A DNA stretch of 64,000 bases, from positions 831 through 64,830 of the forward strand of contig CAWHRA010000039.1 in assembly GCA_963831585.1 (NCBI GenBank). The letters run 5' to 3'. The translations under genes and the position numbers were made by a program. The DNA comes from an uncultured Alphaproteobacteria bacterium. GTDB lineage: Bacteria; Pseudomonadota; Alphaproteobacteria; Rhizobiales; Xanthobacteraceae. Shown piece after piece: positions 9,394 to 18,465 of this stretch. The notes beneath the pieces are model-generated. The model ran no database searches and was not told the origin of the DNA. It worked only from the letters and a program-made list of their open reading frames with translations. Positions within the stretch are counted from its first letter, which is position 1; every line of letters starts with the position of its first letter.

Positions 9394-10242
9394 TTAGTTC
9401 GCTTTTCGACCTGCACCAATCTTGAAGGCGACAGGTAGCTCAAGTCCGGCTGGTGTTTTGTAGGAGGAGGCTCTTCGCTCCAATTCTGCGCGGATTGCTG
9501 CCTGTGTCGCCTTGTCTTGGTGAGCGATGACCGACGCAGTCAGAGCAAAACTGCCCAACCCTCCGTGCCACAACGTATCGACATCGGGTACCAGGTAGGT
9601 CGTCTTGTGGTCCTGCAGCATGATGTCGGTCAGGCCAACCCCTTCAAGTAAGCTACGGAACTCATTGGTGTCAGAAAATCTGAAAATCGAATGGCCCACA
9701 GGCACGTCAGGTGGCGGGGCCACTCCCATCTCAGCAATTGCTTCGCGAAAGAGGCCTTGAATTCGCTGTCTGCTCGGATCGTCCCACCAAGACAACGCGA
9801 TTCGGCCGCCTCGCCTAAGCGTCCGGATACATTCAGCGACAGATGCTTCTGGATACGGGAAGTGTCCTAAGCCAAAATTGCAAACGACCGCATCGAACGA
9901 GCAATCCGCAAAAGGCAAATGCTCGACCTCTGCTACGCGAAAGTCGATACCGGGATGGGATATTGCCGCAAGCTCAATCATCCCTGGCGAGAGATCAACG
10001 CCAACAGTCTTAGCACCTAACCCGTAGGCTTCAGCGGCGAGAGAGCCTGGTCCGGTTGCTACATCCAGAAGATCGAAGCCGCCTTTAAGTCGTATTGCAT
10101 CAAGGAGGGGTTTAATGGCCAGGCCAGTAATTGGCGTGAAGAAGTCGCGATAGGTCCTTGCCAGGTTGTCATGGCGCTGCCGTTCGAAGGAACGAAATCG
10201 TTCTGCTTCCTCAGGTGACAAGGCTGTGCTTGCAGTTGCCAT
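9394..10242 (-). CDS. class I SAM-dependent methyltransferase
   Basis: Motif I LDVATGPGSLA, then GVDLSPGMIE, FDAVVCNFGLGHF and LRRGGRIALSWW. The probable start is the ATG at 10242; the track ORF extends to 10311. Visibly A/T-richer than its flanks. Confidence 0.8.
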   Translation of the reverse strand: MATASTALSPEEAERFRSFERQRHDNLARTYRDFFTPITGLAIKPLLDAIRLKGGFDLLDVATGPGSLAAEAYGLGAKTVGVDLSPGMIELAAISHPGIDFRVAEVEHLPFADCSFDAVVCNFGLGHFPYPEASVAECIRTLRRGGRIALSWWDDPSRQRIQGLFREAIAEMGVAPPPDVPVGHSIFRFSDTNEFRSLLEGVGLTDIMLQDHKTTYLVPDVDTLWHGGLGSFALTASVIAHQDKATQAAIRAELERRASSYKTPAGLELPVAFKIGAGRKAN

Positions 10243-10365
10243 GATCCACTCCCGCACCTCCTGTAGTAGTAGCATAGCAGGGATGTGGCTCAACGAGCCG
10301 ATTTCAAGCACCCAAACCGGAGCCTCGAATCATGCTGATTGGACGCGTGCCATTGAGTTTGCACT

Positions 10366-10665
10366 CTACACCGTCGGCAGCACCGAAAACCGCTCGCCCG
10401 CATAGCGCAGATTCAACGCATCGGGTCCAGCAGGCTCTTCCTGAACGGAAACGACCCGCGCCGAGGACGGGCCGCGCCGGCAGGCCTCCACCATCTCGGA
10501 TACGACATCCGGTGGTCCGGCAAACAGCGCTTGCACGCTGCCGTCCCGGCGGTTGCGGACCCAGCCTTCGAGATCGTGATTTCGGGCCCGGTGGTCGACC
10601 CAGGCGCGGTAGCCGACGCCTTGTACCCGGCCGGTGATCGTCACCTGACGGATCGCTCCGGTCAT
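10366..10665 (-). CDS. acyP: acylphosphatase
   Basis: 99 aa with [16 protein letters not shown]...[19 protein letters not shown], the classic acylphosphatase signature. Confidence 0.85.
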   Translation of the reverse strand: MTGAIRQVTITGRVQGVGYRAWVDHRARNHDLEGWVRNRRDGSVQALFAGPPDVVSEMVEACRRGPSSARVVSVQEEPAGPDALNLRYAGERFSVLPTV

Positions 10666-10668
10666 CTA

Positions 10669-11532
10669 TTACCTCAAGCCCAGGAATTCGCGGCCACGCG
10701 CCTTCACCTCCGCCTCGCGTGTCAGGCGGCCGGTCAGTTCGCCTGAAGCCAGTCCCTTCAGCGCCTTCGGCGGCGAGCCCTCGCGCAGCGCCTTGAGCGT
10801 TTCGTAGACGGCCTGTGTCGCCGCGGCGAACGGCGCATGGCCCTGCAAGGCAATCCGCACGCGCTGGCCCGCGAGATAGCCCGGATCGGACATCTCCTCG
10901 GGCGCGCCACCGAGTACGATCGGCAGTTCCGTCGCCGCCGCGACAGCCTCCAGTTCCGCGCGCGTCCTGACGCCGGTAAAGAACAGCGCGTCGACGCCGG
11001 TCGCCTCATAAGCCCTGGTGCGGGCGATCGCGTCGTCGAGCGAGGTCACGGATGCAGCGCCGGTGCGTCCGATGACGACCAGCGAGGGATCCCGGCGTGC
11101 ATCCAGCGCCGCCTTCATCTTGCCGACGCCCTCCTCCAGCGAGATCAATTGCGTCGCGGCCTGCCCGAACGCCTGCGGCAGCAGGGTGTCTTCGATGGTG
11201 AGGCCGGCGGCGCCCGCCGTCTCCAGTTCCTCGATGGTGCGGCGAACGTTGAGTGCGTTGCCATAACCGTGATCGGCATCGACCAGTACCGGCAAGACCG
11301 ACGCACGCGACATCCGGCGCATCTGTTCGGCGAGTTCGCTCAGCGTGATCAGCGCGACGTCGGGATCCCCCAGCACCGCAAGGGAAGCCACCGAGCCGCC
11401 GAACATGCCGAGCTCGAAACCAAGATCGTGAGCGATGCGGATCGAAATCGCGTCATAGACCGAACCGGGACGAATGCATGCCGATCCCGACAGGATCGAA
11501 CGCAACGCTTCGCGGCGCTTCCGGAAGGCCAT
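10669..11532 (-). CDS. isocitrate lyase/PEP mutase family protein (oxaloacetate decarboxylase-like)
   Basis: PGSVYDAISIRIAHDLGFE...VLVDADHGYGNALNVRRTIEELETAGAAGLTIEDT is typical of the ICL/PEPM fold and the PA4872-like group. Confidence 0.8.
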   Translation of the reverse strand: MAFRKRREALRSILSGSACIRPGSVYDAISIRIAHDLGFELGMFGGSVASLAVLGDPDVALITLSELAEQMRRMSRASVLPVLVDADHGYGNALNVRRTIEELETAGAAGLTIEDTLLPQAFGQAATQLISLEEGVGKMKAALDARRDPSLVVIGRTGAASVTSLDDAIARTRAYEATGVDALFFTGVRTRAELEAVAAATELPIVLGGAPEEMSDPGYLAGQRVRIALQGHAPFAAATQAVYETLKALREGSPPKALKGLASGELTGRLTREAEVKARGREFLGLR

Positions 11533-11550
11533 CGGAACCTCTCAATTGAT

Positions 11551-11630
11551 CGTCATTCCGGGATGGTGCGGCAGCAGCCCCGGAATCTCGAAATTTCGGG
11601 TTCGATGCTTCCGCATCGCCCCGGAATGAC
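11551..11630. repeat. palindromic intergenic element with GTCATTCCGGG / CCCGGAATGAC termini (medium form)
   Basis: Terminal inverted repeats CGTCATTCCGGG...CCCCGGAATGAC. Shares termini and an internal ...TCGAAATTTCGGGTTCGA... segment with the copies at 18226 and 50327. Confidence 0.7.
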
Positions 11631-11634
11631 AAGA

Positions 11635-13650
11635 CTACGCGAATTCCAGAATCAGCGCGTCGACCGCCAGCGTGGCGCCGGGAGCGGCGTGGATCTTCTT
11701 CACGGTGCCGTCGCGTTCGGCGCGCAGCACGTTCTGCATCTTCATCGCTTCCACCACCGCCAGCGTCTCGCCGGCCTTGACCTCCTGGCCCTCGGCGACG
11801 GCGATCGACACCACGAGCCCGGGCATCGGGCACAGCAGCTTCTTGCCGGTATCGGCCTTGGTGCCGACCGGCATCAGCCGCGCCGCCGTGGCCTCGGATT
11901 CGGTGAAGACGTTGACGGCGACTTCATAGCCCTGATGCGCGAGCCGGAACCCGTTGGGAATCGGGCGCACCTGCATGGCCACCGGATGGCCGTCGACAGT
12001 GCCTTGCCAGACAGGATTACCGGGCGTCCAGGGCGAGACCAGAAGGTGCGGATTGCCGAGCGTGCCGTCAGTCCCGACAAAGCGCACCGCGATGCCGTCG
12101 GCCGCGCGGGCGACGTCGAGCGGAATTTCGGCGCGGTCCAGCCACACCGCGCGGCGGCGTTCGCGCTGCACCGGGCGGCCAGTCAACTGGCCGGAAATCT
12201 GCCGCTTGCGCTCACCGAGCACGTGATCGATCGCCGCGCCTACCGCCGCGAGCCGGCGCGCGATTTCGCCTTCGGGGATGCGAACCGCGAACCCCTTCGG
12301 AAATTCCTCCGCGATGAAGCCGGTCGAAAGCTTGCCCTCGCGCCAGCGCGGATGAAGCATCAAGGCCGACAGGAACGGGATATTGTGGCGGATGCCGTCG
12401 ATGTAGAATGAATCGAGCGCGGTCGCCTGGGCCTCGATGGCGGCGGCACGCGACGGCGCATGCGTCACGAGCTTGGCGATCATCGGATCGTAATAGATCG
12501 AGATCTCGCCGCCTTCCTGCACGCCGGTGTCGTTGCGCACGGTGATGCCGTCGACGCTGCTCTCGAGCGGCGGGCGGTATTTCACCAGCCGTCCGATCGA
12601 GGGCAGGAAGTTGCGGAACGGGTCTTCGGCATAGACCCGCGATTCCACCGCCCATCCCGTCAGCCGCACGTCCTTTTGCTTCAGCGACAGTTTTTCGCCC
12701 GCAGCCACCCGGATCATCTGTTCCACCAGATCGATGCCGGTGACCAGCTCGGTCACGGGGTGTTCGACCTGCAGACGGGTGTTCATCTCGAGGAAATAGA
12801 AGCTCTTGTCCTGGCCGGCGACGAATTCGACCGTGCCGGCGGAGTCGTAGTTCACCGCTTTCGCCAGCGCGACCGCCTGCTCGCCCATCTGGCGGCGGGT
12901 GGTCTCGTCGAGCAGCGGCGACGGCGCCTCCTCGATCACCTTCTGATTGCGGCGCTGGATCGAGCATTCGCGCTCGCCGAGATAGATGACGTTGCCGTGC
13001 TTGTCGCCGAGCACCTGGATTTCGATGTGGCGGGGATCGACGATGAACTTTTCGATGAACACCCTGTCGTCGCCGAACGAGGCCTTGGCCTCGGCCTTGG
13101 CGAGGCCGAAACCTTCGGCGACCTCGCCGGTCGAATTCGCAATCCGCATGCCCTTGCCGCCGCCGCCGGCGGAGGCCTTGATCATCACGGGATAACCGAT
13201 CGCGTCAGCAATCTTGACCGCATGGCGCTCGTCCTCGATCACGCCGAGGAAGCCCGGCACGGTCGAGACGTCGGCCTTGGCGGCGGCCTTCTTGGACTCG
13301 ATCTTGTCGCCCATCGCAGCAATGGCGCCGGGGTTAGGCCCGATGAAGACGATGCCGGCCTTGGCCAGCGCGCGCGGAAAGGCTTCGCGCTCGGACAGGA
13401 ACCCGTAGCCGGGATGCACGGCCTCGGCGCCGGTCTTGCGGCAGGCCTCGATGATCTTCTCCATCACCAGATAACTCTCGGCGGCGGCCGGCGGTCCGAT
13501 CAGGACGGCCTCATCGGCCATTTCGACGTGCAGCGCGTCGCGGTCGGCCTCGGAATAGACAGCAACGGTCTCGATCCCCATCCGGCGGGCGGTCTTGATG
13601 ACCCGACAGGCGATCTCGCCGCGATTTGCGATCAGAATTCGTTTGAACAT
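11635..13650 (-). CDS. pccA: propionyl-CoA carboxylase biotin-carrying alpha subunit (biotin carboxylase + BCCP)
   Basis: 671 aa. Biotin carboxylase N-terminus MFKRILIANRGEIACRVI, an ATP-grasp domain, and C-terminal biotinyl motif VVEAMKMQNVLRAE (the AMKMQN form typical of PccA). Confidence 0.9.
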   Translation of the reverse strand: MFKRILIANRGEIACRVIKTARRMGIETVAVYSEADRDALHVEMADEAVLIGPPAAAESYLVMEKIIEACRKTGAEAVHPGYGFLSEREAFPRALAKAGIVFIGPNPGAIAAMGDKIESKKAAAKADVSTVPGFLGVIEDERHAVKIADAIGYPVMIKASAGGGGKGMRIANSTGEVAEGFGLAKAEAKASFGDDRVFIEKFIVDPRHIEIQVLGDKHGNVIYLGERECSIQRRNQKVIEEAPSPLLDETTRRQMGEQAVALAKAVNYDSAGTVEFVAGQDKSFYFLEMNTRLQVEHPVTELVTGIDLVEQMIRVAAGEKLSLKQKDVRLTGWAVESRVYAEDPFRNFLPSIGRLVKYRPPLESSVDGITVRNDTGVQEGGEISIYYDPMIAKLVTHAPSRAAAIEAQATALDSFYIDGIRHNIPFLSALMLHPRWREGKLSTGFIAEEFPKGFAVRIPEGEIARRLAAVGAAIDHVLGERKRQISGQLTGRPVQRERRRAVWLDRAEIPLDVARAADGIAVRFVGTDGTLGNPHLLVSPWTPGNPVWQGTVDGHPVAMQVRPIPNGFRLAHQGYEVAVNVFTESEATAARLMPVGTKADTGKKLLCPMPGLVVSIAVAEGQEVKAGETLAVVEAMKMQNVLRAERDGTVKKIHAAPGATLAVDALILEFA

Positions 13651-13802
13651 GTTCTTGCTTGCTTGAAACCTGTTGAGGCGGGATCCGGCCCTCGCGAGGC
13701 CGGACGCCGCAATCTGGCACGCGGGGGCGGATGTAACAATTCCGTGGTTACAGGAAAACCAAGCGGAGGCAACGGCCTATATCGAACGCGCAAAACGTCG
13801 CG

Positions 13803-14012
13803 TTAGCCGGAATAACTGTGGAATCTTCCCCTCACATAGGCGCGGGACACCGCCTTCATGAGTTCGCCGACCTCGGATTCCAGATATTGGTTGGCCACGA
13901 TCAGGCTGCGGATCGTCGACCGCAAGTCACCGCCGCAGGCCGCGATGGCCTGATCCACCGATGTCTCCAGTCCGTCGTCCTCTTCCATATTCGAGTGTGA
14001 CGAAGAGGACAT
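13803..14012 (-). CDS. small conserved hypothetical protein
   Basis: 69-aa ORF with coding-like composition. No family recognised. Confidence 0.45.
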   Translation of the reverse strand: MSSSSHSNMEEDDGLETSVDQAIAACGGDLRSTIRSLIVANQYLESEVGELMKAVSRAYVRGRFHSYSG

Positions 14013-14175
14013 ATCGCGTTTCCAACCTGAGTGGCGACATGCATGTTCTTCTTTTGTTCTTATGAAGTCAACTAGCCGATCGCTGCGTGCGTGGGCCGAT
14101 ACACACCGGGAGGCGCGCGTCCTTGAAGTCTCGCTTGGGCTGAGGCCAGCGTCTCGCCGGTCTCAGGCAGCCTTC

Positions 14176-14484
14176 TCAGGCTGCCTTGGGCAGCTTGTCG
14201 GTCAGGATATCGATCTTGTGGATGGATGGCGGACTGGCCAGGAGGTCAGCCGCTTTGGCCATCAGCGCCGCCGCCACCTTGCCATTCAGGTGCGCCTCGC
14301 GCCCGGCTTCGTCGTTGAACGTATCGAAAATGGCGAACCGCGACGGGCCTTCCTGGATTGCGTACCAGGTCACCGTTCCGAATTCGGCATCCACCAGCGG
14401 CAACGCTGAACGCAAGAATTCGGCGACTTCCTTTTCCTTGCCGGGCTTGGCCTCGAGCGGCACATACAGCGCAACCTTGCTCAT
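14176..14484 (-). CDS. antibiotic-biosynthesis-monooxygenase (ABM) domain protein
   Basis: 102 aa. Ferredoxin-like ABM pattern (VALYVPLEAKPGKEKEVAEFL...WYAIQEGPSRFAIFDTFNDEAGREAHLNG). Confidence 0.7.
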   Translation of the reverse strand: MSKVALYVPLEAKPGKEKEVAEFLRSALPLVDAEFGTVTWYAIQEGPSRFAIFDTFNDEAGREAHLNGKVAAALMAKAADLLASPPSIHKIDILTDKLPKAA

Positions 14485-14538
14485 GACGGGCTCCTGCTAT
14501 GATTGAAAAGCCGGCGCTTGGGCGCGCCGCTCTTGCCA

Positions 14539-14564
14539 AACGGATCAACCCTGCTGATGGTTCC
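14539..14564 (-). promoter_or_regulatory. EcfG-type (general stress sigma) promoter motif GGAAC-N17-CGTT
   Basis: The minus strand reads GGAAC (14564-14560), a 17-nt spacer, then CGTT (14542-14539). The motif ends 54 nt upstream of the ABM gene ATG at 14484. Confidence 0.5.
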
Positions 14565-14683
14565 GTGCCGGCGATGACCCGTTCATGCGCTGTCGGATGC
14601 CGGATGCCGACTGTAACAATTCTGTCGCACAGCAAACTTAGATAGAGGCAACGATTTAGCCGGATTTTCTAAGGGAGATTTCA

Positions 14684-16534
14684 ATGCACCGCTCAATGTT
14701 GTTGCTATCCGCCGGCGTGATGGTGCTGTCCGCCGCCGCGGCGTCAGCCCAGAACAACACTCCCCACAACCTGATCCTGTTCGTGCCGGACGGCCTGCGC
14801 GGCCAGATCGTCACGCCGCAGACCGCGCCAACCATGGCGGAGATCCGCGACAAGGGCGTCAATTTCAAGAATTCACACTCGATGTTCCCGACCTTCACCA
14901 TGGCCAACGGATCGGCCCTGGCGACCGGGCATTATCTCGGCGATACCGGGACGTTCAGCAACACCATCTACACCGGCTTCTCGTCCGCGCCCGCCGGCGA
15001 TACCGTCGTCCCCTTCCTCGAAAACGATGCGGTGCTGGGCGATGTCGATGAGCATTTCGGCGGCGATTACCTGAACGAGGAAACCATCCTGAAGATGGCG
15101 CGGGCCAAGGGCTTCAGCACCGCCGCGATCGGCAAGGTCGGCCCAACCTTGATTTTCGACCATACCGACCGCGCCGACCGTCCCGGCCTGCATTCGATCG
15201 TGGTCGACGATTCCACCGGCGCCAAGACCGGCGTTCCGCTGTCGGATGAGATGAAGGAAGCGCTGACGAAGGCCAATCTCCCGTTGGCGGCGCCCTCGCG
15301 CGGCGACAATGCGAAGGCCGGCGACGCCAAGACGCCGGGCACCACGGTCGCCAATATCGCGCAGCAGGCCTATTTCGCCGACGTCGCCAGCAAGATCGTG
15401 CTGCCGATGTTCAAGGCGCGCGGCAAGCCGTTCGTGCTGGTATTCTGGTCGCGCGATCCCGACGGAAGCCAGCACAATACCGGCGACAGCCTCAACGCCG
15501 TGACGCCGGGGATCAACGGGCCGACCTCGATGGCCGGCATCAAGAACGCCGACGACAATTTGGCGCAATTGCGCAAGGCGCTCGACGATCTCGGTCTTTC
15601 CGCCACCACCAACATCGTGGTGTCGGCGGACCACGGATTCTCGACGATTTCGAAAGAAAGCAAGACCAGCCCGTCGGCGAAGGCAACTTACGCGGACACA
15701 CCGAAGGATTTCCTTCCGATGGGCTTCCTCGCGCTCGATCTGGCGAAGGCGCTCGACCTGCCGCTGTTCGACCCCAACGACAAGAATGCGCCCGTCGGCG
15801 CCAATGCGCACCCGAAGGCCGGCAACGGCGTGCTCGGAAAGGATCCGGCAAAACCCGATCTGGTGGTCGCCACCAATGGCGGATCGGACCTGATCTATCT
15901 GCCGAACAAGGACAAGAAGCTGGCTGATCGCGCCGTCAAGGCGCTGCTCGAACAGGACTATGTCAGCGGGCTGTTCGTCGACGACAAGCTCGGCCGCTTC
16001 CCCGGCACCTTGCCGATGTCGCAGCTCAACTTGAGGGGCAAGGCGGCGACGCCGAATCCGTCGATCGTGGTCAACTTCCGTTCTTATGCGCAGGGGTGCA
16101 GCGAACCGACCAATTGCTCCGTCGAAGTCGCCGACACGGTGCTGCGGCAGGGCCAGGGCATGCACGGCAGCTTCGGCCGCGGCGACACCATGAATTTCAT
16201 GGCGGCGATCGGTCCCAATTTCAAAGCCGGCTATGTCGACCCGCTGCCGGTCAGCAATGCCGACATCGGCATGACCATCGCCGAGCTCATGAGCCTGCAT
16301 GCATCGGCCAACGGCGGACTGGTGGGCCGGGTGATCTCGGAAGCCCTGCCCAACGGCATTACCCCGAAGGCGTTTGACGGAAAGATCGTGTCCAAGCCGG
16401 CGGCCAACGGCCTACAGACGGTTCTGAAGTACCAGCGCGTGCTGTCGCAACGCTATTTCGACGCCGCCGGATTCCCAGGCCGCACCGTCGGGCTCGACGC
16501 GGAAGTCGGCAAACAAAAAACGGCGGGGAAGTAA
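14684..16534 (+). CDS. secreted alkaline-phosphatase-superfamily protein (nucleotide pyrophosphatase/phosphodiesterase-like)
   Basis: Signal peptide, then NLILFVPDGLRG and FPTFTMANGSALATGH (metal ligand and nucleophile region), VVSADHGF. 616 aa. Confidence 0.75.
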   Translation: MHRSMLLLSAGVMVLSAAAASAQNNTPHNLILFVPDGLRGQIVTPQTAPTMAEIRDKGVNFKNSHSMFPTFTMANGSALATGHYLGDTGTFSNTIYTGFSSAPAGDTVVPFLENDAVLGDVDEHFGGDYLNEETILKMARAKGFSTAAIGKVGPTLIFDHTDRADRPGLHSIVVDDSTGAKTGVPLSDEMKEALTKANLPLAAPSRGDNAKAGDAKTPGTTVANIAQQAYFADVASKIVLPMFKARGKPFVLVFWSRDPDGSQHNTGDSLNAVTPGINGPTSMAGIKNADDNLAQLRKALDDLGLSATTNIVVSADHGFSTISKESKTSPSAKATYADTPKDFLPMGFLALDLAKALDLPLFDPNDKNAPVGANAHPKAGNGVLGKDPAKPDLVVATNGGSDLIYLPNKDKKLADRAVKALLEQDYVSGLFVDDKLGRFPGTLPMSQLNLRGKAATPNPSIVVNFRSYAQGCSEPTNCSVEVADTVLRQGQGMHGSFGRGDTMNFMAAIGPNFKAGYVDPLPVSNADIGMTIAELMSLHASANGGLVGRVISEALPNGITPKAFDGKIVSKPAANGLQTVLKYQRVLSQRYFDAAGFPGRTVGLDAEVGKQKTAGK

Positions 16535-16542
16535 CCCCGCCG
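16515..16542 (-). terminator. rho-independent terminator (minus strand; possibly bidirectional)
   Basis: CGGCGGGG-aagtaa-CCCCGCCG perfect 8-bp stem, flanked on the plus strand by AAAAAA (T-run on the minus strand). Lies downstream of the minus-strand gene ending at 16574 and overlaps the 3' end of the phosphatase ORF. Confidence 0.5.
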
Positions 16543-16573
16543 TCGCTGGCACAGGCTGTCTCGTCGCCTGAAT

Positions 16574-17152
16574 TCACATCCCGATGTCGAACACGTTCGG
16601 CAGTTGCGTCGTCAAGGGCAGTGTCGCGGCGCCGACGATGGTGGCGACCAGCGCCATCAGTGTGCGGTTACAGCGTTGTTTGCCGCGCATCTGGCCGGCG
16701 ATCCATTCCAGCACCTCGGTATTGACGCCGACCGCACGGGTCGAGGCCCAGCTTTCGATCGCCGTTTCCGGCGACAATGCGACGGTGCGGGACGGCACGG
16801 GCAGGCCCGACGCGGAGGCCGCGTGGTGCACCACCGCCTTGGCCAGCAGGTCGTCAAAAAGTCCATCGTCGCTGCGTTCGGCAGCGGCATCGTTGATCTC
16901 GAACAGCGCTTCGGCTTCGGCCCGGCTGACCGGCTGATCGTCGACCGCGGTCGCGGTCAGGATGCGCGCGCACCAGGCAGCGTCGAAGGCATCCAGCGCG
17001 CGGGAAAAATGCACGCGGCCTTTGGTGGTGGGGCCCTCCCCGGTGATGACGCCATCGCGGACGACGGCGAGAGCCTGGGCGGCGGTGTCGCGGCAGGAAA
17101 TTTTGGAGGGTTCGAGCGCAGCGTCGGGCAACTTAGGGGCAGCGGCGGACAT
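16574..17152 (-). CDS. hypothetical protein with C-terminal membrane anchor
   Basis: 192-aa ORF with coding-like composition and a C-terminal hydrophobic segment LMALVATIVGAATLPL. No family recognised. Confidence 0.5.
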   Translation of the reverse strand: MSAAAPKLPDAALEPSKISCRDTAAQALAVVRDGVITGEGPTTKGRVHFSRALDAFDAAWCARILTATAVDDQPVSRAEAEALFEINDAAAERSDDGLFDDLLAKAVVHHAASASGLPVPSRTVALSPETAIESWASTRAVGVNTEVLEWIAGQMRGKQRCNRTLMALVATIVGAATLPLTTQLPNVFDIGM

Positions 17153-17531
17153 TGGTTGGGACTACTTCTCGGTTTTTTGTTGCAGGCCAGCATTTCCACG
17201 CGGGGCGTAAACGAGTAGTTAACGATTCGAAACTTGCTTCGCGGGTTTTTTAGATGGTTGCCGATTTGTCGCTCCGACAGCCGTGAAAGTTCGGACCGGA
17301 ACCGGGGCGCGCGTGTTGCGGGCGATAAAAGGCAATATCGGGGCGCTCGGGCCATTTGCCGCCGTCGCGACCTTTTTGCCGCACAGGCATGGAGCAAAAG
17401 AAGATGCTAGGAGTTCCCCGCTGCCGGAGAAAGATATCCTCTTTTCTGCGCATCCATTCACTTAAACGCTTTCGCCCCCTATACTTAGAACGAAGAATTC
17501 CCCTGAAACTTCAAGAGCATGAGGTCGTAAA

Positions 17532-18191
17532 ATGGCTCTCCAGATAGGCGCTGTAGCCCCGGACTTCGAAGCCGAAACCACTGAAGGCAAAATCAAATTC
17601 CACGACTGGATCGGCAATAGCTGGGCGCTGTTGTTCTCGCACCCGAAGGATTTCACGCCGGTCTGCACCACCGAGCTCGGTGCACTGGCCAAGCTGAAGC
17701 CGGAATTCGACAAGCGCGGCGTCAAGCTGATGGGGCTTTCCGTCGATCCCGTCACCAACCATGCGAAATGGTCTGACGACATCAAGGAGACGCAAGGCGC
17801 AGCGCCGAATTATCCGATGATCGGCGACACCGACTACAACGTGTCGAAACTGTACGACATGCTGCCCGCCGCCATCTCCGGCGACCCGTCCAAGCGCACC
17901 GCGGCCGATAACCAGACCGTCCGCAACGTCTTCATCATCGGGCCGGACAAGAAGATCAAACTGATCCTGGTCTATCCGATGACCACCGGCCGCAACTTTC
18001 AGGAAATACTGCGCGTGATCGATTCCCTGCAGATGACCGCCAAGCATCGCGTGGCGACGCCGGCCGACTGGAAACAGGGCGATGACGTCATCATCGCGGG
18101 CTCGGTCAGCGACGACGAGGCCAAGACGATCTATCCGCAGGGCTGGAAGGCGCCGAAGCCCTATCTGCGGATCGTGCCGCAGCCGAAGTAA
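17532..18191 (+). CDS. 1-Cys peroxiredoxin (Prx6-type)
   Basis: APDFEAETTEGKIKFHDWIGNSWALLFSHPKDFTPVCTTELG matches the canonical peroxidatic PVCTTE motif. Confidence 0.9.
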   Translation: MALQIGAVAPDFEAETTEGKIKFHDWIGNSWALLFSHPKDFTPVCTTELGALAKLKPEFDKRGVKLMGLSVDPVTNHAKWSDDIKETQGAAPNYPMIGDTDYNVSKLYDMLPAAISGDPSKRTAADNQTVRNVFIIGPDKKIKLILVYPMTTGRNFQEILRVIDSLQMTAKHRVATPADWKQGDDVIIAGSVSDDEAKTIYPQGWKAPKPYLRIVPQPK

Positions 18192-18225
18192 CGATCGGCA
18201 GCGAACGACGGCAAGCCTACGATAC

Positions 18226-18267
18226 CGTCATTCCGGGGCGATGCGCAGCATCGAACCCGGAATGACG
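18226..18267. repeat. palindromic intergenic element, short form (GTCATTCCGGG family)
   Basis: CGTCATTCCGGGGCGATGCGCAGCATCGAACCCGGAATGACG. Same termini as 11551 and 50327. Lies downstream of the peroxiredoxin gene. Confidence 0.7.
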
Positions 18268-18465
18268 AGATTACCCGATGCGCGGTTGCGCATCCGAGGC
18301 GCTTACGCACGATCCCGGTGTCGCATAATCAAAATCCCCGCGACGTGGAGGTTGGCCTGAAACCTCCAGCGCCGCTGCGCGTATCCCTTGAGAGTACGTA
18401 CCGACGCCGATAACGCTGCAACGTACGCACGCGAACCCACGCGCCTTCCGAGTTGACCTCCACCG

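Noticed and set aside
13705-13722. TGGCAC-containing sites (also near 5806, 16549, 26255 and 27163), checked as RpoN -24/-12 promoters.
   Set aside because: None has the TTGC element at the required 5-nt spacing.
17485-17499. TTAGAACGAAGAATT upstream of the peroxiredoxin gene, considered as an Irr-type iron control element (TTTAGAA-N3-TTCTAAA).
   Set aside because: The second half is a mirror (AGAATT), not the reverse complement (TTCTAA), so it is not the required inverted repeat.
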